From contig OX597837.1 of the NCBI GenBank assembly GCA_951406725.2, forward strand, positions 28,024,001 through 28,088,000: a DNA stretch of 64,000 bases, read 5' to 3'. The notes under the pieces were generated by a model. That model ran no database searches, had not been told where the DNA came from, and was given only the letters and a program-made list of their open reading frames with translations. The stretch comes from Octopus vulgaris (lineage: Eukaryota). Of the stretch, positions 14,472-27,964 are shown piece after piece. The position numbers and the translations under genes were made by a program. Position 1 is the first letter of the stretch; each line of letters begins with the position of its first letter.

Positions 14472-14691
14472 GTGTGTGTGTGTGTGTGCGCCTGTGTTTT
14501 TAAACGCAGTGCGTCTGTAAGGGATACAATCTCCATTCTCTTATCTTGATGTATTTACGTTAAGTATGATGCATAAATGACTGCTTTAATCTAATACTAC
14601 CTCTGATGCAAATAATGGAGTTTATATATATATATGAAAGTTTGTATGTGTGTGTGTGTGTGTGTACTACTAATGCATATAATAGAGCGCT

Positions 14692-14736
<45 letters not shown>

Positions 14737-14793
14737 TTTTTATTTTATCTAGTTTCAGCGCACGAGCTGTGGCCAGTGTGTGTGTATATATGC

Positions 14794-15265
<472 letters not shown>

Positions 15266-16123
15266 TTATTAAATAAATACAATCAGAAATGCAAGGCTTT
15301 GACAATTCTGCTCGTATGATTAGTGGCATAGCGTGGGTAGAAACAGTCACAGAACAGTTGCCCGGATGCAAAATTTCAAAAGAAACAAAATAAAATAATG
15401 ATACAAATAAATAAATAAATAAAAATAGCGCACCCTCCCCGCAATATTTACGTTGCTCCGAGCGTTGGCAACCTACGTCAAGCCAATATATATGGTATTA
15501 TGTGGTGGAAGGTAAAAACAATAGTTTTAACTATTAATGAAAAACAGGCGGTGGTGTTGAGTGACAGTGTTTTTTTCAACACCTGTTAATAATCTAAAGT
15601 ATTTTAATTAGCTGAACCAATCTAGATTGAAAAATATCTGAAGTGAATGATGTATTTATTTATTTATTTCATCGGAACAGAAAATAATAAAAGGAATTGT
15701 TATAGTTATATGTATAAGGAAATAAAATAGCATTATCATTTAATTAATTTAGACATCGATTCAATTATTTGTGTGCGGAATGTAGAAGGAATGACAAAAT
15801 ACAGATCACAGCATCAGTATAAATGCCGATCACAAGAACTGGTAGAGCGACGAATTAAATACTCTGCATTATTTAGTTAAGGGGCCTCATGCTCCTAATT
15901 GAAATCCCACCAAAATCGACTTTATCTGGGGACAGTTGTCAAATAGAGCAAAGCTCCAGATCCTTCTAGCTCAAACTATTTTTGAAAATCAAGAAATCGT
16001 GAAACCGGTTAACTAAATGTAAATAAATCCTTTTAAAGTCTCCGAGTGCATTCTCAACTTGTTTTCTTTTCTTCGTATAGCAAGAAACCGGTTCTGGTTT
16101 CATCACCCGTACTCTAAACTCTT

Positions 16124-16166
<43 letters not shown>

Positions 16167-16264
16167 AGATGAGACGACAAAGGAAAAAGCGGCTACGTTA
16201 TGAAGTTCATTAACATCCAGCTGTTTCTGCTATTAGATGCAGTGTAAATATTTATTCATTTATG

Positions 16265-16302
<38 letters not shown>

Positions 16303-16306
<4 letters not shown>

Positions 16307-16494
16307 GGAGTTGTTTACGAAAAAAAAACAAAAGACGAAAACAGGTGGTGTACAAAACAAACAGATGTATTAGTATAACGCGCAGGAATAGAAAAAGTCT
16401 TTTACGTTTCGAGCCTACGCTCTTCTACAGAAAGGGACACAGAAAGAAACAAGGGAGAAAAAAATGTGTGTAGTGGCTAACGATCTATCATGGC

Positions 16495-16495
<1 letters not shown>
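16303..16495 (-). mobile_element. ~190-bp element in (TA)n carrying a variant hammerhead (Penelope pLTR-like), copy 1
   Basis: Minus strand cttt-CTGTAGA-a-GAGC-gtag-GCTC-GAAAC-GTA-aaag at 16397-16438; other copies at 20610-20776, 54859-55050 and 55479-55672. Confidence 0.75.
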
Positions 16496-16549
<54 letters not shown>

Positions 16550-16809
16550 TAATCAAATAAGTGTACCGGTTTTCAGATAAGTGCTCTTGGTATGAGATGT
16601 GTTTAAAACCTTAAGAAAGTATTTAGAAATTCAATGAGAGCGATTATATATAAGAGAGTAAAAGTATGAAAAATTATATTTCTTAACAATCACAGTGGAG
16701 ATAAGCCTATAATATAAGTAATATTGTATTAATAAATAAATAAAGTACACCTATGATCATTAAAACAAATTTTAAGTTTGGAAGTTTTTACGATCGTTTC
16801 ATGAATATA

Positions 16810-17170
16810 CTACCTCTCAAAATGAAATCTAAAATTGATAAGAATTATTGGGAAGTATATCCACTAGTCAGAGAAAAGTATGAATCCAATGTAGTAAATC
16901 GAATGAGAAAGGTGTTGTTTAAAAGATTATTGGCATAAATTTGAGCAAAAAATTTGAAAAAGTAAAAGAAATCCATGGTAAAAATCCGCGGTAAGAATCC
17001 GTATTCCCTCATTCGATTTACTATACGTTTCCCTGACGAGTGGATAGACTTCCCAATAATGGTTATTCCCTCATTCAATTTACTACACTGGAATTCGTAC
17101 TTTTCTCTCTGACTAGTGGATATACTTCCCAATAATGCTTATCAACTTTCGATTTCATTTTGGGAAGTAG
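16810..17170. mobile_element. Foldback / MITE-like element with ~100-bp inverted arms
   Basis: 16810-16910 is the inverted complement of about 17065-17170; a partial third copy lies at 17003-17062. Confidence 0.7.
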
Positions 17171-17179
17171 TTATGGTGC

Positions 17180-17398
17180 AAGTTTTGGAAAGAGTACAGG
17201 CGTGCGACGCCGAAAATGGCTGCCATTTAAATGATGCCATTTTTCATATGTGATATAGTGGTGTTGCAAAATTTGACTTGTGCATATTAATTTCCATTAT
17301 GTCCTTTATATTGTATCGAAATTTCATGCATTTATTTATTTATAAAGTTAAGTTCAAGAAGTTATTAAAATTTGAATACCATCAGTGACTTTTGGGAC

Positions 17399-17405
<7 letters not shown>
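17180..17405 (+). mobile_element. Tc1/mariner-type 3' end fragment
   Basis: RVQACDAENGCHLNDAIFHM* transposase-like C-terminus, then TIR-like ...ttttgggacaccct followed by TA repeats. Confidence 0.55.
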
Positions 17406-17446
<41 letters not shown>

Positions 17447-17960
17447 CATATACATTATATACAAACATATACATACTTACATACACATACACACGTATTT
17501 ATATATATGCCGCCTGGTCTACTAGTCTCCGGCTGTGTTGACCACATAGCGCCAAACTTACGTCGGAGCATGAAGCAGTCTAACGTCAGTACGCTAAAAC
17601 AATTGTAACAGTGCAGCAGACGATCCACAGGGAGAGGTTGAAAAAACTTATTACAATCAAAGGAAAAGCACATACGAGCGAGTTGATATGGAATTCCAAC
17701 ACACTGAAGAAAGAATCCCAAAAAAGAATGATATATAAAAGTACAAAATCACATAGAATGACACGAGTATAAGCAACCTGAATCGATTACGATTCTTATT
17801 GGAAGTCTCATCAGAGGTGTCAACCCCAACTTGACTAATCACCGGGAGGCAAGCAGCTAGTCTGTTTGTAGACACACCCAAATCTTGTAGCCCCAGTTCT
17901 CTGGAGCAACTAATTTGCATGCTGTATGTGTTTAACACTTTAGTAATGTGTATGGTTGCT

Positions 17961-18730
17961 GCAGTTTACATACCTGGGAAGCTGCTTGTCCTCAAACTGC
18001 AGCATGGTCAAAGATGTCTCCATGAGGCTTGCAAAAGCAGAAGCTTCGTTTGGCGGGCTTTGGACACGTGTATGGACCGAACGAGGCATAAGATTTTCTT
18101 CCAAGCTGGCAGTCTATAGGGCAGTCGTCATCACCTCTCTGCTCTACGGCTGTGAGACGTAGAGCAGAGAGGGGGAAAATGTATAGGAGGCAAATGCGAG
18201 TACTTGACCAGTTCCACTTCCGCTGCTTGCGACGAATCATGGGAATTTCCTGGGAGGACAGAGTCTCAAACACTAAGGTGATTCGCAGAGCCGAAATGCC
18301 CGGGATCGAAGCCCTCACCATGAAGGCCCAGCTCCAGTGAGCTGGACATGTAGTACGAATGGACGACGCGTGTCTACCAAAGATGATTTTCTTCTCTGAA
18401 CTGGCTTCTGGAGCAAGAAACCCTGGGAGGCCACGGAGGCGATACAAAGACCGCCTGAAAACTTCCCTTGAGGCCTGCGGTATTTCAGCCCGTGGCTTGC
18501 CTCTGACCGCGGCGCCTGGCGTCCAGCTGTCCAAAAGGGTGTTAGGCTGTTCAAGGAAAAGCGCCTCAAGAGACTGGACCAGAAGCGACAAGCCCAAAAA
18601 GGGAGGACCCCCAACCCTACTTCTGCTGTTACGTGCCCAAAATGTGGCCGCATCTGCGCGGCCGCCTTTGGGCTCCGCTCCCACCTCCGGCGTCAATGAC
18701 GTCATTGTCGAACCCCGACGGACTTCCACA
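17961..18730 (+). pseudogene. RTE-clade LINE 3' portion, disrupted
   Basis: FTYLGS...RLAKAEASFG.L..RVW...KLAVYRAVVITSLLYGCET*...FHFRCLRRIMGISWEDRVSN...GHVVRMDD..LPK.IFFSEL..G.R..GRPRRRYKD.LK..L, then a CPKC-type zinc finger; stops and frameshifts present. Confidence 0.93.
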
Positions 18731-19260
18731 GAATGCCAATACTTTTTTTTTTATATGTGACTAACAAAGTTGATATGGAGAGCCAAGAATGTAAACAGAT
18801 ATAGAAAAATAACACAGAAATATAATTTGATTGTTGACAAATCTCTTCCTCCATCTGAAGATACTTGGTTCGATTCTACTGCCAGTTACATTAAAAGAAA
18901 GTTTCGTCTTTCATAACCTTGAATTAACGCAAAATAATTGGATTGTCTTTGATCTTAAGTTTGCTCAATCGAGCTTGACTTGAGAAGGTTAAACAACAAT
19001 AGCGACACGTTTTACTTTCTGGATGTATTGGAAGATGGTGATGGGGAAGAAAGAATGAGAAAAGGAGAGAGGGTACAGAGAGACACATGAAGAGAGATAG
19101 AGAGAAGAAAGAGAGAGAAGAGAGTGAGAAAAAGAGAAGGCGAAGCGAGAAAAATGGAGGAGAGAGAAATGAGAAAAAGGTGGAGAAAAAGACAGAAAGA
19201 GAGAGAGAGAGAGAAATAGGAGAGAGTAAGAAAGGGGAGAAAAAAGAGAAAGTGGGATGG

Positions 19261-19294
<34 letters not shown>

Positions 19295-19698
19295 CAGACA
19301 GACAGACAGACAGACAGACTGACAGACAGACAGACAGAAAGACAGAGGGGGAGAATGGCATCAGTTGGGATATACAATAATGGTTTGGCAAGGACAGACT
19401 ACATTTGAAGGGAAACTAGTTTATAAAATACAAATCAGGTTAACTTCAATTTACCTAGCCATATCGATTATATATCAATTATTTATTGATTGGTAGCTAG
19501 CTTTATAGATTTATAGACGTAAATATGGGAGGTTTCTTTTGGTGGGTGCAGTGGGGGAATGTTTTGGCCTTAATTACTGGTGAATGCATTGGTTGGTTGC
19601 TTGGTGTATTTAATCATTAAATCTTTCTTCAAAGACCCAATATCTTCCTGCCGAACCGATCGTTCGTAACTAAGCTTTTATCTAATTAAAAACTCACG

Positions 19699-19748
<50 letters not shown>

Positions 19749-19807
19749 AGAGAGAGAGAGAGAGAAAGAGAGAGATACGTGTATATATATGTGTGTGTGT
19801 GTGTATG

Positions 19808-19841
<34 letters not shown>

Positions 19842-19875
19842 TGTATATATACATATATATACGTGTATATATATG

Positions 19876-19919
<44 letters not shown>

Positions 19920-20012
19920 TACATATATATATACATATATATATACATATATATATACATATATATATACATATATATACACACACATGCACACACACAC
20001 ATGCACACACAC

Positions 20013-20081
<69 letters not shown>

Positions 20082-20214
20082 GAAAATAAAGTAAATTTCG
20101 AACATGGGATAGGTGTGAAAGCAGCCTAGAAAATTGGATGCATTTATCCAATTTTCTAGGCTGAAATTTACTTAATTCTCTGTAAAATACTAACCCACTT
20201 AATGCTTCTAAGTT

Positions 20215-20252
<38 letters not shown>

Positions 20253-20253
<1 letters not shown>

Positions 20254-20432
20254 CGAAGAATGTGTTCTGAAGAAAAATCTCACCAAAAAGCCAAAGTGTA
20301 AAAATAAGCAAGACAAATGAAAATATACGAAATAAGAGATCGTTTTTTTTTATTTCGTATATTTTCATATGTCTTGCTTATTTTTACATTCTGGGTTTTT
20401 GCTGAAATTTTTCTTGAGAACACATTCTTCGT
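20253..20432. repeat. Long imperfect inverted repeat (~80-bp arms)
   Basis: acgaagaatgtgttct...aatatacgaaataa pairs with ttatttcgtatatt...agaacacattcttcgt. Confidence 0.9.
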
Positions 20433-20609
20433 GGTAATGGCGATTTGACGTCTATGTTTAGCATATAGTCTGTCCACTTTAGTGGTCATTCCTCTAAATT
20501 TTGTATGTAACGCAATTTTTGATCTTCGGATTTTTCTAAATATGCTAAGCCACTGGTTTTAATTGATTAATATCAATTTCTACCCTTATCATTTAATTTT
20601 ATATATATC

Positions 20610-20772
20610 TTTTTCTCTCCTTTTTTTCGCTCCTTGTTTTTTCTGTGTCCCTTTTTGTAGAAGAGCGTAGGCTCGAAAAGTAAAAGACTTTTTCTATTCC
20701 TGAGCGTTATACTAATACATCTGTTTGTTTTGTACACCACCTGTCTTTGTCTTTTGTTTTTTTCGTAAACTC

Positions 20773-20776
<4 letters not shown>
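20610..20776 (+). mobile_element. Variant-hammerhead element, copy 2 (core mutated)
   Basis: ctttttgtagaagagcgtaggctcgaaaagtaaaag; same family as 16303-16495. Confidence 0.75.
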
Positions 20777-20809
<33 letters not shown>

Positions 20810-20813
<4 letters not shown>

Positions 20814-21324
20814 GGCAGTTTGTCTGTCTGTCTGTCTGTGTGTGTGTCTGTAAGGTTGTACCCTCACCCTGACCACGGCTTTCAACCAATTCTGCTGAAA
20901 CTTGACACACACATAGCCCAATGTCATAATTCAAAACTAACGCAGCGAAAATTTTGAAAAGTTCCCCCAGTTCTGAAAAAAATTGATAAATTCGACATGG
21001 GGTCGAGAATCTAAGCTTTTTATTTGCAACACATTTTCTGTTGTAGTTTAGCGCAACTTGCAATCGATTTTCACCAAACTTATGGTGAAGCTTAATGTTA
21101 CCCTAAGCAACTTAATTCTGACGTTAGTTTTCCATGCAATACCTTACCATCAGAAAAAATCGATAAAATCATGCCATTTTGGGAAATCGCGTTCAAATTC
21201 AAGATGACATATTTTCGACAATATCTTTCACAAATTGGCAGGAATTTTTTAAAAATTCACAGCGAGCATCATGTCTGCTCCAGGGGCTCTTACATACCCG
21301 GGCAATGCCGGGCTATGCTGCTAG
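20810..21324 (+). mobile_element. Non-autonomous Helitron-like element
   Basis: 3' subterminal hairpin cccgggcaatgccggg followed by CTAG|T; 5' end ..TATATAAACGGCAG with a (TGTC)n tract. Related copies at 52863-53225 and 55061-55448. Confidence 0.8.
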
Positions 21325-21640
21325 TATATATATATATATATAAAGCTGCTAATAGACAACACAGATGCCGCACAGTATTTTGTCAGTGAACAGGTAGCGG
21401 TCTCAAAGTGACGAAAATATTTTGACAAATTAAATTAAACTTAAATGTTGAAGTGAATCTAACGGTTTTTGTGTGTTTCTTAAATGGCTTATAAACACCT
21501 TCCACGCTGCAATTGTTTTCGTTCCAGCACACGATCGAGGACCGAATCCACGCCATGCCTGCATGAAGCCACTACATACATATATATATGCTTATATGTA
21601 TATATTTATATATGTATACACACAAACACACGCACACACA

Positions 21641-21674
<34 letters not shown>

Positions 21675-21709
21675 AAACAATATATATCAAGAAGTATATA
21701 TACACACAA

Positions 21710-21745
<36 letters not shown>

Positions 21746-21817
21746 CAAAATAAGCAACAAGGACATCCAGAGGTAATGCAATACGATCGTGTCATGTGAC
21801 TCCATTTAATTGAACAA

Positions 21818-21904
21818 TGCAGCTGAAGATTGCTCTACATTTTAAATTGATGTATTGATTGCATTGTTAAATTAAATGGAGTCGCATGAAACGATCGTAC
21901 TGCA
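21818..21904 (+). ncRNA. Type I hammerhead ribozyme motif
   Basis: Stem I tgcag/ctgca; CTGAAGA (21823-21829); long imperfect stem II; GAAAC-gatc-GTA with predicted cleavage after 21899; palindromic stem III ACGATCGT. Confidence 0.65.
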
Positions 21905-22685
21905 ATACCTCTGGATATCCTGGCTGCTTATTTCGATTTTAATCACCTTATTTTAAATTGTATGGATAATACCATACTAAATTCTGGTGCCTCAACTTAA
22001 GTACCATATTCATCAGAATCTAAATTTTTTACTGAACTCATCTACCATACCTAGTATATATATATATATATAGACGTGCATGTGTACAGGCGCGTGCATA
22101 CAGACACACACATTGCCACCTAATCATAGTGATAATACATGTATATTTAATTTTAATTTTCTTCACCAGTGTCTATTTTCCAGCATCTTCGGCCGGTATA
22201 AATGGGTTTAATTCAATAGAAAATCTAACACTTGGAACAGAACTACTTTACAAGCAATTGTCTGCCATTAGTGATTTTGCACATATAATTCACAGCTCAG
22301 TTATTCGATATTCGCTGGCAATTTACAGGGGAAAATTTTAACAAACTGGTTTTCATTTATTCTCAGAATAAGGCAAATAGAAAAAAGATTTCACCATTGA
22401 TAAGTGTGTTATTTTTTTCACCATCGACATAATGGGATATTGCTCGATCGTTTTCGATCTCTCGGAGACATTCATGCATTTCCTATACGTGGAAACCTTG
22501 GCACATAGCAATTCCGATATCTTTATCTTTAAAGATATGCTGGATGATGAACGGTGGAGTATGTTGAGCCTGATTTCATTGTTTCAGTTGCGGGGCAGTT
22601 CGGAGGCTGATGTGGCAGCGTTAGTTGAGGAAGGATTGAAACCTTTTTCTAGTGAAGTTGCGTTTTGATATTGTAACATTTTAAT

Positions 22686-23065
22686 TTCTTTACTGCCCAC
22701 AAGGGGCTAAACATAGAAGGGACAAACAAGGACAGACAAACAGATTAAGTCGATTATATCGACACCAGTGCGTTACTGGTACTTATTTAATCGACCCCGA
22801 AAGGATGAAAGGCAAAGTCGACCTCGGCGGAATTTGAACTCAGAACGTAAAGGCAGACGAAATACCTATTTCTTTACTACTCACAAGGGGCTAAACACAG
22901 AGAGGACAAACAAGGACAGACAAACGGATTAAGTCGATTATATCGACCCCAGTGCGTAACTGGTACTTCATTTATCGACCCCGAAAGAATGAAAGGCAAA
23001 GTCGACCTCGGAGGAATTTGAGCTCAGAGCGCCCGGCTTGCTAACGTCTCTGCCAGCTCGCCTCC
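22686..23065 (-). mobile_element. SINE family B, tandem dimer
   Basis: Two units joined at gacgaaatacc|tatttcttt (22866/22867). Confidence 0.88.
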
Positions 23066-23069
23066 TATG

Positions 23070-23960
23070 GCGAACTGAGTATCATCTCTCTAGATCGCTT
23101 GCATCTCGGTCTGGATGGATCAAATGCTCCGTGCCGTGGAACCAAATTTGTTTTCTAATTCATTCGAAATCTCAATTCTGGTTCAGACGACTCCAAGAAA
23201 CTGTATGACTAGAATAGTGTTTCAAAACTCATCTGCGATGTTCTCGACGACCTCCCTACTTCTCATGTCATGTCGTCCATGTCCCTGAACAGTGAACGAA
23301 TGGAACGAGAAACATCGTGAACGGCTTATGTAAAGAGAAGTGATCTGAGTGAGTTACCTTGCAGAAAACCATCAGTGAACATCGCGATGTTGCCAGTGGC
23401 GGATAAGCATTCTGCATGTTCTGTAAGCAAGATGCTAGGAGCCATTAGTAAAGGCACACGTCCCTGATACACCTTTGGTATGGTTATAACGATATTAAAG
23501 GAGTTTCGCATGACTAGCTTTACGAAAAGGCGACAAAGATCGAAGAATGATTACTTAATGAAGCATCTGGCTTTTGGGGGGAGGGGCAGCCACCTTACAT
23601 TTGCACTGGACGTCGAGGACAAGTTCTTGAACATGGCGTAGTTCTTTCAATCTTGATCTACAAACGATTTTAGCCGCATATCGCTGGGAAACCTCACAGA
23701 CTGCGATGTAGGAAATATCTCTTTTAACCAATGCTGTCAAGCTGGCGAAGAAAAAGTTATGGGCAGGGTGAAATAGGTCGGCTGGGAGGTGGCTGTTCGT
23801 TGGAGCAGCGATCGACCGAACCAGACATTTGCTGGCCTTAGTGGCTTGTGACGAAGTTATGTCTTTGAGTTGGTTTAATTGTAGTCCGTATATATCACCG
23901 CTGCTGCTACCTGGGAATTGCTTCAAAGCGACAATTACCTCTAATTTGAAAATAGAGGCA
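23070..23960 (-). pseudogene. Decayed CRE-clade-like non-LTR retrotransposon RT
   Basis: FPGSSSGD..GLQLNQLKD (cf. FPxGSAGGxDGLRPQHLKD), FFFASLTALVKRD...IAVCEV.QR.AAK (cf. FFGAxLxALxKKDGGxRPIAVGExLRRL), KLVMRNSFNIV (cf. KLDFxNAFNSV). Confidence 0.7.
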
Positions 23961-24585
23961 GAACTATGGCAAGTAGGGTCTTTTTAAATTCTGATATCAG
24001 TCAAGGAACCGTACTCCACTGGAGTAGGAGTACGGTTAAAACTGCGCGTGTAAGTTGGCGGACTATGTCATTCGATGCCTGTACTCACACTGCAATGCAA
24101 ATGTCTCTTTTAATTCTGTTGGTTTTGCTATGCTATGACTACGGAGACGTTTCATGTGTTCTTCTAAGGACTGGGTATTGAGTGCCGGTGTACGTGGATA
24201 GATGGAGGCTACGGAGTGACATATCGCTGGAGGGTGGTAAAAAGTAGAATTGTAGTTTCTTAGACGACGCCAGAGGGTTGCCTATATTTTCTTTGTCAAC
24301 AAGGATCCAAAAACAAGGGTAGCGTATTACTATTAAGCATACCGCCTCTCACGCTCCTCATCAATTCTACTTACATTGTTCCTATATGGCCAACAGGAGA
24401 AAAAAAAAGTCATCAATCTCTTTAGATTACTCTGTCCCTCAAATATAGCAGGGTAGTGTCACTGTTGTGCTCTGCCACTGGAATTTCAGAGGAGGGAGCC
24501 TCGAAACTTGTATAGGGTGCTGGCATTTCCAGTGATTCAGAGATTCCGGTGCGCGTTTTGCCAGCATGCAATTTCAACAGATCGT

Positions 24586-24898
<313 letters not shown>

Positions 24899-24899
24899 A

Positions 24900-24960
<61 letters not shown>

Positions 24961-25007
24961 GAAAAAACAAGTCAAAATAGAAAATGCTAAAATAATTTTA
25001 TAAAGAA

Positions 25008-25055
25008 CATTTCAGTACTGGTTTCAGTCATTTTGAGACCTTTTCAACTGTAACG
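25008..25055 (-). ncRNA. Type I hammerhead motif, U3:A8 core variant
   Basis: Minus strand cgttacag-TTGAAAA-GGTC-tcaaaat-GACT-GAAAC-ca-GTA-ctgaaatg; lies in a ~220-bp insert between (TA)n tracts. Confidence 0.6.
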
Positions 25056-25179
25056 ATTAAATAATTAAATTTAGAAAAATTAAGAGAAATGTTTTTTTAA
25101 AGGAATATTTGTATAGTGTTCAAATTTAAGTGGTATTTTCCTTGTTTCTGACTTGCTCTGTCTCTCTTGTTCACACTTG

Positions 25180-25258
<79 letters not shown>

Positions 25259-25685
25259 TTCGTTTATTGGGCGTGCCAGATATTGAGCGTTGTACATATC
25301 GAGCGTGTCACATAAACGGCAGTCATCAGCCTCCTGTGAGATGATGGTCCGTCAAGGTACAGGCATGAACAGTTTGGCGCCATTTATAGTGAAACAAATG
25401 ATGCAATGCTAATGGGAATAATAGCAGAAAGCAATAGGAACAAGAAGTCGAGTTTCTCTTCAGTAACAATAGAAGGAAAATTAAAATAGAGATGGGAGCG
25501 ATGACCTCCCTCGCAAATACTAATCGGACATAGAGTGTGTGTCGTTGGCCAGCTGGAGGAGATGTCTTCATGGGGCTAAAAACAACAGTAACACTATCCT
25601 CTATAGGACCGCCACATTTAGTTGGTAAATATATTTTACGATTTCGTACTGTTACTGTTTACCTCACGTCCAGAGATTTAATATA

Positions 25686-25909
25686 TATTTCTTTACTACC
25701 CACAAGGGGCTAAACACAGAGGGGACAAACAAGGACAGACATAGGTATTAAATCGATTACATCTACCCCAGTGCGTAATAATTTATCGACCCCGGAAGGA
25801 TGAAAGGCAAAGTCGACCTCGGCGGAATTTGAACTCAGAATGTAACGGCAGGCGAAATACGACTACGCATTTCGTCCGGCGTGCTAACGTTTCTGCCAGT
25901 TCGCCGCCT
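25686..25909 (-). mobile_element. SINE family B monomer with TSD
   Basis: 15-bp TSD cagagatttaatata at 25671-25685 and 25910-25924. Confidence 0.9.
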
Positions 25910-26564
25910 CAGAGATTTAATATAACCTATCTCTCTCTTTATGGGATCAGCGATCGCCCAGTCCAGGAATCGAAACCACAACCTTACGATCATGAGTTCA
26001 ACACCCTAACCACCAAACCACGCGCCTCCACACGATAAAATAAAGTATCGCTCAAATAAAGGAATTAGTGTAATCGATTTATCTCCCCTTGTACCCTTAA
26101 CACCAGACCATTTTTATTCCTGAGTTACCATTTCCTTCTGTTTAATATTGGCACCTGGTATCTTAAGCTAATTAATATATTTCTTGAAATTTTGAAAAGA
26201 GAAAAAAAAAACCCACGTGCGTCTTCCCCAAGGTTTTTACCCACAATGCATACGAGAAATGGTGGCCGTAGAGGCAGGTCATTACTCAGTCTTTTGGACG
26301 AAAGACTATGGTCGCCTGTTGGAATATTTACATTAAAGTTTTGAAGTAAGTCATTAAATTTTACTTATTAATTGTTCTATATATCTTTTAGCCAGAAAGA
26401 GATTGTGAGGACTTAATTGTTCACGTAAAATCGTTTAACAACAACAACAAAAAAAAAGAGTTATATGGCTACATAAAATGGTTTAATAATCTCTATAGGG
26501 CGCGGGAAAAGTAATGTTTGCTGCATGATCTGGTTTCGAGAAAAAGAAATAGGCTCTACATAAT

Positions 26565-26833
26565 GGTAATGTAGTTTTACCAAAACGACTGTTAATGATG
26601 TAATATCGTCTGTTTTTACTCTGATCCTTTCCCTCCACAATATCGTCTGTTTTTAATCTGATGCTTTTACAGTGCACGCTCGTTAGGGTTAGAGTTACGC
26701 AGAGAACGGGTGGTGTACGTATTATTTACCTCCGCCAGTTAGGGATAGGGTTGGTTAGGGTTAATTTTTAGTTTCGACTTACACAAGAGCCGCTTATGCG
26801 AAATCACAGTAGATTTGGTAAAATTAGATTACC
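26565..26833. mobile_element. MITE-like element with ~27-bp TIRs and internal TTAGGG-like patches
   Basis: ggtaatgtagttttaccaaaacgactg ... cagtagatttggtaaaattagattacc. Confidence 0.6.
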
Positions 26834-27964
26834 TTCCCTTTAGGTGCTTCGGGACCTCTATAGTTAAGTAGTACCCCAAAATATTTTGTACGAATGTTCA
26901 CTACCTTACAAAAACTATATCAGCAAAGCATTTGCTTCTTTAACACTGTTTCAGAACATTATCGCCGTTCCCTTTGAGCATATAAAAGACAGATTTGGCC
27001 GGGGCAAAATGAGTAAGACAAGATAATGTAAATTTGCCGCTTCGGTTCTCCAGAAAACAGACTCATACACATCATTATTGATCCTTAGACATCAGAAAGA
27101 TCAGAAATGCAACACAAATTTAAACCATCTAGGCTAAAATGATTGAAGATAATGGACAAATGGCACATGATACTGGAATTAACGACACTCAGCTAAATCT
27201 AAAAATTTAACACAAAATATTCTCTATTGCTTTTTATGAGCTGCTGAAGTGGCTCCGTTCCTGATATATTTAAAGAGAAGAAATTATTGAAATTGGTCAG
27301 TAATCATTTTCTCCCAGTTTAGGCATATTTTAGGATTTAAAAATTAGACAGTGTAAGGGGAAAAAATTGACTTTGCAATCCAACAGAAAAAAATATTGAT
27401 TGTTTAACACCAAAAATATCTAGATATTCTATTAGTAACAGCAATGTAAATTATTATTAGTCGACTTTTATAACAGTAAAACTATTTTCTGCAGAAGTCT
27501 GTTCCTGCTGACTTTGTTTCTTTATAACTCCTGCATATTTTTTAATGAAATGTATAGGATTACGAGGTTGTAAATTACGATTATCTAAATATAATTTGAG
27601 AAGAATTTCTTGGGAACAGTCGGGGACACACGCAGAATTTGTTATTGCATATCTTTCAATGAATTTTTCATTGAATACGTTTTCGAGGGTGTAGAATACA
27701 ATAATTATCTTAAGATTTCAATAGAGTTTAATCGGAATCCTAGTCGGGAAAGTATCCTTGAAAAATTTCATTGAAAAATTATATTTGAAGGAAAGATTTG
27801 GATGAATATAGTCGGGGAGGGGAAATGTTTTATAGTTATCTCATGTTTAACTCAGTCCGAGAGTCAGTCATATGAGTATTCGGTATAATGAGCACGCTGC
27901 TAGAGTATTCTTAGACACTCATTGTTGAAATTCATAATTAGTATCACCACATTCACTATATATG

